Positions 46,220 to 55,132 of a DNA stretch of 64,000 nt are shown here, in pieces. The notes beneath the pieces were generated by a model. It saw only the letters and a program-made list of their open reading frames with translations. It ran no database searches and was not told where the DNA came from. Made by a program: the position numbers and the translations under genes. This DNA is from a virus: positions 24,801-88,800 of IMG/VR virus record IMGVR_UViG_3300036715_002961; one strand, given 5' to 3'. Each line of letters opens with the position of its first letter. Position 1 is the first letter of the stretch.

Positions 46220-46693
46220 TCAGGGCGGCGAGAGGGTCGCTTTGTCGCCCGGCTCGGCGAAGGGGGCGTGAGCGGCAACGGCAGCGGCGGGGAACAGGTC
46301 GAGGGATGGCGATCGGCAGCTGGGCGGCTCGCCCGAAAGTGACGTCGTGACGAACAGATGCATGGAGGCCGGTTCGTGGCCCGCGCCAGCTTGGCATTGC
46401 AGGCCCTGCGCGTCGCGGAACGAGCATTGCGGTTGCTCTGCCAAGGGCGGCGCTTCAAGCTCCGCGATACGCGCTTCGGCCGCCGCGAGGGCTTCGATGA
46501 GCTTGGGGACCGCGTTGACGCAGTCGACGAGCAGTTTCTCGACGGGGGCTTCCGCGTCGAGTTCGGCGACGCTTTCGCCGCGGGCGGCAAAAACGCTGTG
46601 TGGGATGCTGCCCAGGAACTGCCAGGGGAGAGGAATTCGAGCGGTAACGCGCGCGATGGCGAGTGCAAGCGATTCGCGTTCAAATTTGTTCAT
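46220..46693 (-). CDS. Hypothetical protein with short coiled coil and Cys/His motif
   Basis: VPKLIEALAAAEARIAELE; C...C..GH...H. Confidence 0.55.
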   Translation of the reverse strand: MNKFERESLALAIARVTARIPLPWQFLGSIPHSVFAARGESVAELDAEAPVEKLLVDCVNAVPKLIEALAAAEARIAELEAPPLAEQPQCSFRDAQGLQCQAGAGHEPASMHLFVTTSLSGEPPSCRSPSLDLFPAAAVAAHAPFAEPGDKATLSPP

Positions 46694-47247
46694 CGTCTGA
46701 AAGCTCCATGGTCGTAGAAAACTTCACCGCGAGGGCGGCCGAGCAACAGGCGACGCCCGTTGGCCTCGTAACTTTCGTCGGGATGGCGGACGAATGGCAC
46801 AACGCAAATCCCGCGTGCGCGGGGGGTTTGGTACCAGGCCATTTCACGCAGAAGGCCGCAAACTGCACGGTCGAAATCACGACAAATTTCGCGTACATCG
46901 CGAGGATGCACGAACACATACACGGGGGTTACGGGGTGGTAGAGTAGTTGGGCGAGAACCAGCAAAATCATGGTCGACGTCTTGCCGCGGGGGCGAAGGC
47001 GGACTGCGAGCTGCTGGCGAAGGTCACGTTGATGAGCCTTGCGACGACTGCGTGTAGCGCGAAGGTTCTTCGCGCTAGCGCCCGCGCCGCGGACGATCTC
47101 GCGGGCAATGTCACGAGCAAGGCCCCGACCCTCGTCGTAGGGGGGCGAATGGCGCCGAGGGCGCTCGGGAAACATGAGCACGTAGGTCTCGCCGGGCAAC
47201 AGCGGCGGAAGGTCGCGGGGCGGCGCCGCGTCTTCGAGGTAGGGCAT
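46690..47247 (-). CDS. Protein with possible degenerate P-loop
   Basis: RPRGKTS followed by a hydrophobic helix, and VFYDH near the C-terminus. Confidence 0.45.
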   Translation of the reverse strand: MPYLEDAAPPRDLPPLLPGETYVLMFPERPRRHSPPYDEGRGLARDIAREIVRGAGASAKNLRATRSRRKAHQRDLRQQLAVRLRPRGKTSTMILLVLAQLLYHPVTPVYVFVHPRDVREICRDFDRAVCGLLREMAWYQTPRARGICVVPFVRHPDESYEANGRRLLLGRPRGEVFYDHGAFRR

Positions 47248-47290
47248 CGACAACGGGTTAAACCGAGAAGCGCTTACGCGCAAGGGTTTT
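47248..47290 (-). promoter_or_regulatory. Early promoter cassette, copy 8 (leaderless, no hairpin)
   Basis: AAAACCC-TTGCGC-17-TAACCC, 7 nt before the ATG. Confidence 0.65.
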
Positions 47291-47539
47291 CTTTGGTCCG
47301 TGCGTCGCGACGGCGTGCCTGGCGCAGAGGAGGGCGAATGCGAGTTTGTCGCGAATGCCTGGTCTGTCGCCGATGCCTCGGATCCACACGCGAAGGGCGA
47401 GGGTGTAGAGCGAGGCGAGGCGCCTATATGCGCGCAGCAAGGCCGCTCTAGCCCCTTTTGGGCGGATGGTCTGGACGATGGCCCATTCGCGTCGGCGGAG
47501 ACGCGCTACGAGGCGCCGGGCGCGGTCCTCGCGGGTCAT
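47258..47539 (-). CDS. Hypothetical basic protein
   Basis: MTREDRARRL..., ATGA coupling. Confidence 0.45.
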   Translation of the reverse strand: MTREDRARRLVARLRRREWAIVQTIRPKGARAALLRAYRRLASLYTLALRVWIRGIGDRPGIRDKLAFALLCARHAVATHGPKKTLARKRFSV

Positions 47540-47928
47540 TGCGATGCCATGAGGTAGGTCACCACGTGGAGGCGGCATTCGGCGAGGCCGTGGCCGTCGA
47601 CCAGGGCGATAAAGCGAAGCGCGGATTCGACAAAGTCGCCGGTGCCGCGAGTCGTCGTCGGGATCTTGATCAGCGCGCGAAGATCGCGGCGGAATCGACG
47701 GACCACGGGGCCGGCTCGACGACCCTCAAGCGCGGTGGTCCACAGCCAGCCGAAACCCGCGACGCGGGCGGCGCTTTGGGACGCGGCGGTGAACAGGACG
47801 CTGGGGTCCGTCGGCGCGCCGGGGACGACGACGGATACACGCATGTCGCCCGGTATGGCAGACGGGTTGTAACCGTCGCCGAAGGTTTGAATGGAAGGGA
47901 TCTCGACAATGGGGCGGGGCTTACTCAC
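47536..47928 (-). CDS. Hypothetical protein
   Basis: 130 aa, GGAGG RBS. Confidence 0.55.
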   Translation of the reverse strand: MSKPRPIVEIPSIQTFGDGYNPSAIPGDMRVSVVVPGAPTDPSVLFTAASQSAARVAGFGWLWTTALEGRRAGPVVRRFRRDLRALIKIPTTTRGTGDFVESALRFIALVDGHGLAECRLHVVTYLMASQ

Positions 47929-48830
47929 CGGGTCAACCTCCTGAACTCATGCAAACTTTCGGTCAACGCAGCGGCGTACTGTTTCGCCCGCTGCTCCATG
48001 GCGGTCATGGCCGTCAGTAGCTTGTCAAAATCGATCTTCATTCGATCGTGTTTGATCACGAGGTCGGCCGTCTCGCGCTCTGCTTTGACGACCGCTTTCG
48101 TGAGGACGTCGATCTGGTCGCCGTCGGGGCCGGGTTTGAGGCGAGCTTCGAGGGCGGTCACGCGCGCCATGGCGGCGTTGGCAGCTTCGTTGTACAAGCC
48201 AGGGCCGCGTTTGACGTAGTCGGGAAGGCCGGGGGCGCCGGCTACGATGACCGCGGTTCCAGGCACGGACGCAGCGGCCCATTTGAGCGCCGCGTTGGCC
48301 GCGTCTGAAGACTGAAAATAGACAGCGCAACTCGGGTCGAGCGTCAAAAACGCGTTAGAGATCACCGGGTCTTCGGCGAGGTAGAACCGCGGGTTCGAGT
48401 CGGGAAGTTGCGAGATAGCCGGTTCGGCGCCGTTGGGGATCGCGGCGAAACCGACCGACGGGACCTCGACGACCCAGCCGGTTTCGTAGGCGTGGCAGAG
48501 GAAGTCGGGTGGATTGCGCAAGATCTCGTTGGAGTACATGCGCGCGAGGGTCGAGATCCGTTCGCAGGCGGCCGCGTGGCGATGATGGATAGCGTCGAGT
48601 TCCTGTCGGAGAGCAGGGGAACCCGGGTTCTCTTCGAGCACTTCAAGGCGTCGAAACAAAACGGGGACGTAGGTGCGTGCCCATTCAGCAAGGCGGAAAC
48701 GTCCGCGGTCGGGGAAGCTCTCGCCGGCGCTCTCTTGAACGATCGCGTCAAACTCGGTCTTGGCAACCTTGGCAACAGATGCGTGGAAGGTCTCGGATTC
48801 GGCCGCGCGGGTCAGCTCGTTTTCTGACAT
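47925..48830 (-). CDS. Hypothetical protein with coiled coils
   Basis: 301 aa from MSENEL. Confidence 0.6.
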   Translation of the reverse strand: MSENELTRAAESETFHASVAKVAKTEFDAIVQESAGESFPDRGRFRLAEWARTYVPVLFRRLEVLEENPGSPALRQELDAIHHRHAAACERISTLARMYSNEILRNPPDFLCHAYETGWVVEVPSVGFAAIPNGAEPAISQLPDSNPRFYLAEDPVISNAFLTLDPSCAVYFQSSDAANAALKWAAASVPGTAVIVAGAPGLPDYVKRGPGLYNEAANAAMARVTALEARLKPGPDGDQIDVLTKAVVKAERETADLVIKHDRMKIDFDKLLTAMTAMEQRAKQYAAALTESLHEFRRLTR

Positions 48831-48978
48831 GTTCAACGGCCCTTTCGATCCCGTTGGCAAACACACATCTTCTCACCGCTAACGACCTCAATGCGCTGGT
48901 AGCCGCGAACATGAACGCCAGTTTTACGCGGGATTCGGAACAGCTTGAGGGTCGTAACCAACTTGGTATTTGCGAGCA

Positions 48979-49284
48979 TTAATCCTCCGATTCAGGGTCG
49001 TTCGGGTCGTCCCATTGTCGGCAGATGCGCTGAAGCAATACAGCGAGGACGCCGATGAGGGACGAATGGACGGTTGTCATGCCGCGGCGGGGCGCGACGA
49101 CGTGACAAACCGTGTTGTCTGCGTCGCGCCCGACGGCGACCAGCTCGATGATCTCGCCTCGTTTGGCTTTTTCGTAGAGTTCGCGAGTCGCACGAATCGC
49201 GACGGGGTTGGGGAGACGTTCCGGCTTGAGGCGACGCGCAAGGAGATCGGCGACCTCCTTGGCAAAGTTGGGTCGCCGGCCCAT
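48979..49284 (-). CDS. Hypothetical protein
   Basis: MGRRPNF...ELYEKAKRGEIIELVAVG. Confidence 0.55.
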   Translation of the reverse strand: MGRRPNFAKEVADLLARRLKPERLPNPVAIRATRELYEKAKRGEIIELVAVGRDADNTVCHVVAPRRGMTTVHSSLIGVLAVLLQRICRQWDDPNDPESED

Positions 49285-49424
49285 CAGGTCAGCTTGTTGA
49301 TCTCGACGGTGGGCGACCATCCGAACGCGCACGTGCCATCGTCGAAAACGACGCCTTGAGCGACGATTCCCGTACCGGAAATGCCGGTCGCGTCATCGAT
49401 GCGGTATAGCTCGAATGTCTTCAT
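49284..49424 (-). CDS. Small conserved phage protein (DxTGISGTGxVAxGVxFxDG motif)
   Basis: MKTFELYRIDDATGISGTGIVAQGVVFDDGTCAFGW..., 46 aa. Confidence 0.6.
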   Translation of the reverse strand: MKTFELYRIDDATGISGTGIVAQGVVFDDGTCAFGWSPTVEINKLT

Positions 49425-49428
49425 TTTC

Positions 49429-49857
49429 TCAACCTTTCTTGGGCATTTCGCCCGATGCAAAAATCACGTCGACCGATTGAAGAAACCGGCTGTAGTGGGC
49501 GTCGACTGCACCATGCGCGAACGGACTGCAGGCGGGAAAGTTGGTGAGCCACGCGTGGCAGTGAACAACGAACTCGGCGAACGCCATCGCGATCGCGAGG
49601 CCGACTTCGGGGCGAAGCTCGGCCATGCATTCGACCTCGCCGGCGGCGGTGGGGCGCCCCATCGGGACCAGGGCGCCGACCTCGATGTCGTCGAGTAGGT
49701 CGGGGTCTGCTTCGTGGGCGGCTTCGTTCGCGGCCGAGAGCGCTTCTTCGAAGGAATAATGGAGGAGGATTCCGACGCAGCTCTCGTAACTTGGGTCGTG
49801 GCGCGTGCTGTAAAACCCACTGTTTTCGCCGCTGATCAATAGGGGATTCGGTCTCAT
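49429..49857 (-). CDS. Hypothetical protein
   Basis: 142 aa, GAGGA RBS. Confidence 0.55.
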   Translation of the reverse strand: MRPNPLLISGENSGFYSTRHDPSYESCVGILLHYSFEEALSAANEAAHEADPDLLDDIEVGALVPMGRPTAAGEVECMAELRPEVGLAIAMAFAEFVVHCHAWLTNFPACSPFAHGAVDAHYSRFLQSVDVIFASGEMPKKG

Positions 49858-50591
49858 GTTCGTTCCTCGCCGAGAACGCAAATCAGCTCGGCGCTGTGGG
49901 TGTGGTTTCCGGCCTTTCGGCGGCTCGTGACGGTTCGGCGGAAATCGACGAAGGGGAGCCAGTTGGGCGCGAGGCCCGTCTTCGGATCGCGGGCCTCACA
50001 CACGATGACCTCGCCGGGGAGCGACGCGAGCTGCGCGCCGAGGGTCGAGTAGGCGAGGGGGGCTGTCTTGTAGCGGTAGTTGAACTGGTAGGGCGGGTCG
50101 ACGAACCAGGTCGCGGGGGCGGCTGGGGACGCGAACAGGTCCTCGGCCGAGTCGGTCAGGATCCACGAACGGACCGCAGAAAACTCGGCAGCGACGCGGG
50201 CGCGGGTCGAGGCGGTCCACTGGCCGGGTTTTGATCCCCAGACGGACGTGGTCCAGCAATTTCCCACGTTGTTCGTGCGCTGCCACGTTTTGAGCAGCGT
50301 CGATTGGCCGATGTTCAGGCCGAGCGTCCGAATGTCGACGCCTTCGGGGATGTCGAGCGGGATTTCGAGGATCTGGACGGCGGTCGCCTCGGAAATCAGC
50401 CAGCGCCAGAGGAGGCGAAGATGGGGGTCGCGCTCGGCGATGATGACGCGACGACCAGCGCCGAATCGAAGCGCGTAGCCGGCGGATCCGGCGTACGGCT
50501 CGACGACGCGGTCGAACCGGGGCGCGGGATAGTGCTTGCTGGCCGACCACTTCGAGCCGAACCATTTGAACAGGGGGCCGGTGACGCTCAC
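49854..50591 (-). CDS. DNA adenine methyltransferase, Dam/D12-like
   Basis: FKWFGSK, VEPYAGSA (motif I), FVDPPY (motif IV). Confidence 0.85.
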   Translation of the reverse strand: MSVTGPLFKWFGSKWSASKHYPAPRFDRVVEPYAGSAGYALRFGAGRRVIIAERDPHLRLLWRWLISEATAVQILEIPLDIPEGVDIRTLGLNIGQSTLLKTWQRTNNVGNCWTTSVWGSKPGQWTASTRARVAAEFSAVRSWILTDSAEDLFASPAAPATWFVDPPYQFNYRYKTAPLAYSTLGAQLASLPGEVIVCEARDPKTGLAPNWLPFVDFRRTVTSRRKAGNHTHSAELICVLGEERT

Positions 50592-51292
50592 GGCTCGCAC
50601 CGTTCGCGCCATTCGTCGAGCAGCAACTCGACGATCTCTGCGTCGGCTACCGTGTCAATGGGGCGAGTCGTCGCGACGGTTGAGTTGTCGAGGTTGAGGA
50701 ATCGCCCGATTTCACAGTTGGTAAACTCCCGATCGCGAAGAACTCCGACAACGATGCGGCGGGCGCGAACTACGCTTTTGAACCGGGCGCTGGTGAGCAG
50801 GTCGTCGGCGAAAACGTCGCAGCAATTGGCGGCAGTCTTGACCAGGCGAGCGATGCGCGGGGGAAGATCGACAAGAGTTCGCCGCTTGGGCCTCGGCTTG
50901 AGCTTCTTTGGTGGCTTAGACTGCACCGCCGGGGCGCTTGTGGGCGGAAGCGCGGGGGTGGGCGGAAGCGCGGGGGTGGGCGGAAGCGGCGGAAGCGGGC
51001 GCGGAACTGGCGGAAGCGGGCGCGGAACTGGCGGGATGATGACCGGGTCGAACGACGAATCAGAATGGGGGGCGTGAGCGGGGGCGACAGGAACCCGGGT
51101 TCCCTTGAGCTTGTTCAGCGGATGCTGGCAGACAGGGGGAGCGGCGATCGTTCCGATCAGCCGCTTGTCGACCGACGACGTTTTCTCGTTGCCGCATTTT
51201 TTGCAGCGCCAGAGGGTCGTGACGAGCCAGCTGTAGTCGGCGCGAGGCGTCGACGAAACCAGATCCCAGTTGGAGAGGGGGGTGCCTTTCAT
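50588..51292 (-). CDS. Zn-ribbon + proline-repeat linker + DnaA domain-IV-like HTH protein
   Basis: CKKC; PVPRPLP/PPTPAL repeats; DDLLTSARFKSVVRARR...EIGRFLNLDNSTV matches the DnaA C-terminal signature. Confidence 0.7.
   Translation of the reverse strand: MKGTPLSNWDLVSSTPRADYSWLVTTLWRCKKCGNEKTSSVDKRLIGTIAAPPVCQHPLNKLKGTRVPVAPAHAPHSDSSFDPVIIPPVPRPLPPVPRPLPPLPPTPALPPTPALPPTSAPAVQSKPPKKLKPRPKRRTLVDLPPRIARLVKTAANCCDVFADDLLTSARFKSVVRARRIVVGVLRDREFTNCEIGRFLNLDNSTVATTRPIDTVADAEIVELLLDEWRERCEP
50940..51033. repeat. In-frame tandem repeats (18-bp and 21-bp units)
   Basis: GTGGGCGGAAGCGCGGGG x2+ and GGCGGAAGCGGGCGCGGAACT x2. Confidence 0.85.
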
Positions 51293-51606
51293 CGCAGGAC
51301 CTTTTGAACGTGAACTTCGGGACGAACTGCGATGCGCTCTTCGCGACTCGCCACGCGGCGGTTGATGGATCGGGACGCCTGGATCGCAAGGCCGTGGCCG
51401 ACGCCATGGAGGGCCATCAGCGCGAGCTTGAATGGAGGAAGGGCGCTGCGGTAGGTCACACGGATCGGCGGAATGACGGGGATCGTGATGATCCAAAACC
51501 CGGCGGCATCGCGCAGAAGGCGAACCGCGGGCGGGGTCTTCGAAGAGCTAATCGCGTCGCGAAAAACATATTCAGACTCGCGGTCTTTGAACCAAGTGTA
51601 TCGCAT
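51289..51606 (-). CDS. Hypothetical protein
   Basis: MRYTWFKDRE..., TGATG coupling. Confidence 0.5.
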   Translation of the reverse strand: MRYTWFKDRESEYVFRDAISSSKTPPAVRLLRDAAGFWIITIPVIPPIRVTYRSALPPFKLALMALHGVGHGLAIQASRSINRRVASREERIAVRPEVHVQKVLR

Positions 51607-52526
51607 CAGTAGAACCTGAATCCGATCTCGGCCATCTTCTCGTATGGCGTCCATTTGTAGGGGTTTACAATCTCGGGAACACACTCGGGGGAAACCAGAC
51701 TGAGCGGCAGCTCAATGACAGCTTCGTGCTCCATAGACGCGATCCAGGACGGCACGGGCAAATCGCCGAAACGAGGGTGGGAGGGGGCGGCCGAGGGGCG
51801 AAGAACCCGCGCGAAACCGTTTTGACATTCGTACGCGTCGGGGTCGTGGAGAACCCTCAACCAGTCGCGACTAGTCAAACGCCGAAGTTCGACGACCGGG
51901 TCGAACTTCCAGAACCAAGGGCGACGGGCTCCGACGCGAACGCCTTCAGGTGCATCAACTACCGTTCCGGGGTAAACGACCTTGCACGCTTCGACCGCAC
52001 TTTCGAGAATGTACGTTTGACCTTCTTCAGTCAGGCCGGTGAGTTCGGTCCACGCGTCGGGGGGCGTTTCGTATGGGTCGGATCCGATGTAGCGTTCGAT
52101 AAACTCGGACGTAAACGTGGTGTTCCAAGCCCTGAATGCTTCGTTCCATTCACCAGAAAGGCCGCGAGCGGCTACAGTCTGCACGAAGGCCCATTCGATG
52201 CCTAGGATCGCATCTTCGTTTGACGTAGTTGGGCACGCGCCAACGAACACATGCATGACCTCGTGCAACAGAGCCATGAGGGTGTGTTTGTTCCGGTTGT
52301 TCCGCGCCGACAGATTCGGCATGAGAACAGAGCCCGAATAGGAGATCGCGCCTTTGACCGGCCCGCGGAATGCCACGCGCGGGTCGGTCACCGCGTTGTC
52401 TTCTACGCCCTCGCAAATGTGAATGTTATGGAATGCGGCGAACTCGAACACGGCCGCGAACAGGACGTCGATCACTTCGACTGCGATAGATCGGCGAGCA
52501 GATAGCGATGGAGGCGGTAGAATCAT
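51606..52526 (-). CDS. Zincin-like (HExxH) metalloprotein
   Basis: ALLHEVMHV followed by NE. Confidence 0.55.
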   Translation of the reverse strand: MILPPPSLSARRSIAVEVIDVLFAAVFEFAAFHNIHICEGVEDNAVTDPRVAFRGPVKGAISYSGSVLMPNLSARNNRNKHTLMALLHEVMHVFVGACPTTSNEDAILGIEWAFVQTVAARGLSGEWNEAFRAWNTTFTSEFIERYIGSDPYETPPDAWTELTGLTEEGQTYILESAVEACKVVYPGTVVDAPEGVRVGARRPWFWKFDPVVELRRLTSRDWLRVLHDPDAYECQNGFARVLRPSAAPSHPRFGDLPVPSWIASMEHEAVIELPLSLVSPECVPEIVNPYKWTPYEKMAEIGFRFY

Positions 52527-52610
52527 GGAACCACGCGCTGAGGGTTTGGTCGGGATCGGCGGATTCGAGCGCTGCGATGGTGGCCCACGACCAGCGCAAA
52601 GCGGCTTGAT

Positions 52611-52997
52611 TCATCGGCGATTGATGAGGAGCGATTCGAGCTTAGAAATCTTCTCGCCGCGCGCCTTCCGGATCTCCTGGACGAGGGTTGGCGGCGCGTT
52701 GGCGTAGCGAAACGACTCGATCATGAGCTGGACGTCGACCAGCTCGCGGGCGAACTCGGCGATGGCGTCGGGGCGGGCGCGGCGCCAATGCGCAGCGGCG
52801 ACGATCAGCTCGGCAGCTTCTTCTTGGAGATGGAGAAGGCGGGGGCCGATCCCATCGCGGGCGGCTTGCGTCAAAATCGACCGGGCGCGCGCGTCGGGAA
52901 CGAATGCGTAGGGGTCGTCGGGCGCCACAGGGGCGACATGCGCGACATGCGCGACATGCGCGGCCTGCGCAGCTACGACAGCTCGGCGACGGGCCAC
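52611..52997 (-). CDS. MazG-like nucleotide pyrophosphatase
   Basis: LQEEAAELI...ELVDVQLMIE (EExxE...ExxD). Confidence 0.75.
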   Translation of the reverse strand: MARRRAVVAAQAAHVAHVAHVAPVAPDDPYAFVPDARARSILTQAARDGIGPRLLHLQEEAAELIVAAAHWRRARPDAIAEFARELVDVQLMIESFRYANAPPTLVQEIRKARGEKISKLESLLINRR

Positions 52998-53182
52998 GTC
53001 GGTGCGCCAAGGGGTCGAGGGGCGCGGGAGTTTGAGAGCTTCTCGACGAGCCGCGAGAGGGCGAGGTTGGTCGCCTTGAGCTGCTCGGTTTCCTCGACGA
53101 GGCTGTCGATCCGTTCCTGCTTTTCGTCGCGGAACGGATCCGCTTCGGGGGAGGGTTCGGGCGAGCGGTAGGGATCATTCAC
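52973..53182 (-). CDS. Small coiled-coil protein
   Basis: 69 aa. Confidence 0.45.
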   Translation of the reverse strand: MNDPYRSPEPSPEADPFRDEKQERIDSLVEETEQLKATNLALSRLVEKLSNSRAPRPLGAPTWPVAELS

Positions 53183-53747
53183 TGATTTCGTTTCCGATCT
53201 GGGTCCAGCCGGGCCGAGTGCGGCGAGCGAAAAACTCGACCTTTCGGAGACCGGGCGTTACGAGTTGGTCTAGAAGTTGGTAGAACTCCTCTGGTTTTTC
53301 GCTGTGCGTGCGACGGTCGGCGAAGAACACGGACCGAATCGACCGGCTTTCAATGAGCGAAGTTCCGCGCCCGCGGGCGGCGATGATGCAGGTTTCATGG
53401 GCGGCGCGGACATAGCGCCCCATGCCGAACGCGAGGCCGTTGGTGGTCGTTTTGACCCAAACCAGTTCGGTTTTTGGCTCGAATCCCCAGGCCCGCGCCG
53501 TCGCGATCGCTTCGGTCGGCTGGCTGGAGACACGCCAGAGAAAAAGCAGGGCGTCGGGAGTCAATTGCAGCTCGACGTCCGACGCGAACGATTCGATTGC
53601 CGCCTGGTCGAGCAGGTCGTAGTTGGCACCCGCGCCACGGGCGCCGAGGGCGTCGGAAAATGACCACGGGGGGTCGGCGACGACGACAGAGAACGGACCG
53701 AGGCCACGTAGCAACGGTGGCTGTTTGCGCGCGTTGGGCGTCCTCAT
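53175..53747 (-). CDS. MT-A70 family adenine methyltransferase
   Basis: VVADPPW, LFLW, WGF, WVK, GMGRY.R..HE, HSEKPE, EFFAR...GW...GNE. Confidence 0.92.
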   Translation of the reverse strand: MRTPNARKQPPLLRGLGPFSVVVADPPWSFSDALGARGAGANYDLLDQAAIESFASDVELQLTPDALLFLWRVSSQPTEAIATARAWGFEPKTELVWVKTTTNGLAFGMGRYVRAAHETCIIAARGRGTSLIESRSIRSVFFADRRTHSEKPEEFYQLLDQLVTPGLRKVEFFARRTRPGWTQIGNEISE

Positions 53748-53829
53748 CGAACAGCCTCATCGAGCAATAGGTAGACGACCACGAAACCCATGCCGACCAT
53801 GACGGCGACCGTAAATGCGACGGGTGCCA

Positions 53830-54126
53830 TCAGTTGGAAACCGCGAGCGGGTTCGGGTGGGTGCAGTTCATCCCGTAGAAAGCCCCGCGCATGAGGGGGC
53901 CGCGCATGTGCGGATCGATGAAGATCCGAGGGCCAAACAGAATCGGCAGGCCGAAGGGGAAGGCAAGGCTCGCGGTCGGGAACAGCTCGCGAAGCTCGGC
54001 GAGAACGACACCGGCTGCGGCGGGGGAGACGACGACCGCGATCCCCGTGCTACCGCCAGCGCCGTTCAGGTTCGCGAGAATTTGAATGACGGCGGCGGCG
54101 TTGGGCTGCGGAATTTGTGGGTTCAT
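53830..54126 (-). CDS. Hypothetical protein
   Basis: 98 aa, ATGA coupling. Confidence 0.45.
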   Translation of the reverse strand: MNPQIPQPNAAAVIQILANLNGAGGSTGIAVVVSPAAAGVVLAELRELFPTASLAFPFGLPILFGPRIFIDPHMRGPLMRGAFYGMNCTHPNPLAVSN

Positions 54127-54533
54127 TCTGGTCCGGTTCGGTGCGTGAAAGCACCGATCAAGGTGTCAATATCTTTGGATTTCAGAAGGTCCGCGACCTT
54201 CTGCATGGCGTCCTCTTCGAGTTGCCTGACACGCTCGCGCGTCAGGCCGAGAACCGATCCGACCTCGCCGAGGCTCATGCCCCCACGGTCCGCGTAATCG
54301 AGCGCGCATTCGCCAGCGGCGAGGATGTAGCGACAGGACGCGTAGGTGCAGGGGCGGGGTGTTAGCTCGCATTCGAGCCGCGTTAGAGGCAACCGCCGGC
54401 GTCGGCGGTTGTAGAGGAGCGGCGAGAGGCTACGACAATGACGCCAGCGAATCGCCCGGGGCAACAGCCCGCATGTACGTGCCCACGGGGGCGACCCTTG
54501 ACACTTCCCCTTTCCCTCTTCGCAAATGGCCAT
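54123..54533 (-). CDS. Stand-alone sigma70 region-4 HTH protein with Cys-rich N-domain
   Basis: TRLEC..PRPC...SCR...CALD.ADRGG then SLGEVGSVLGLTRERVRQLE; start uncertain. Confidence 0.8.
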   Translation of the reverse strand: MAICEEGKGKCQGSPPWARTCGLLPRAIRWRHCRSLSPLLYNRRRRRLPLTRLECELTPRPCTYASCRYILAAGECALDYADRGGMSLGEVGSVLGLTRERVRQLEEDAMQKVADLLKSKDIDTLIGAFTHRTGPE

Positions 54534-54581
54534 GCCTTGCGATAGCCGAGGTCAGCGGAAGTTGCGAGCGCGCTAGCACGA

Positions 54582-55055
54582 TCAGATAGTAATACCGCGA
54601 ACGGCCTGCAATAAAGTGTATGCGCGAATGAGCTTCGCGTTCTCGACTTCCATGGCCTTGGTGATTTTCGGAAGGCGGCCGTTGATCACACTTTCGAATT
54701 TCACGATGAGTTTCGAGATGATCTCGTCGATACCCATCGGGTAAACACCCGGCTCGTAGCCGTACAGCCAGAGAGCACTAGCCCGATCGCCGTCGTCCGA
54801 TTCGGTGTAGGCGTAGCGAAGCGTCGGCGTGACCTCGATGCAACAGTAGAGATTCAGCGACACGACGCGGGGGCCGCTTTTGTCCCACGGACGACGGGGC
54901 GCGGCGATGTAGGAAAGGGCCTCACCGACCGTCGTGAGGATCTCTTCTGCGAGAACCGATTCGGAGCGCATGACCTTTTCCTTTTTGGAGAAGTGGGTGC
55001 GTTCCAACGTCACGAGGTCGGCAGAGGACTTGTGCAAATCTTCGATATTCTTCAT
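54582..55055 (-). CDS. Hypothetical protein
   Basis: MKNIEDLHK..., GGAG RBS; downstream of cassette 9. Confidence 0.65.
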   Translation of the reverse strand: MKNIEDLHKSSADLVTLERTHFSKKEKVMRSESVLAEEILTTVGEALSYIAAPRRPWDKSGPRVVSLNLYCCIEVTPTLRYAYTESDDGDRASALWLYGYEPGVYPMGIDEIISKLIVKFESVINGRLPKITKAMEVENAKLIRAYTLLQAVRGITI

Positions 55056-55132
55056 TAGGTTCTCCCGGTGGTCGCTTTCTGCGGCGACACGAAGAACCAT
55101 AAACCGCGGCGCACCGACGCGCAAGGGTTTTT
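55056..55132 (-). promoter_or_regulatory. Early promoter cassette, copy 9 (divergent leader)
   Basis: AAAAACCC-TTGCGC-17-TATGGT; GTCGC...GCGAC hairpin. Confidence 0.75.
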
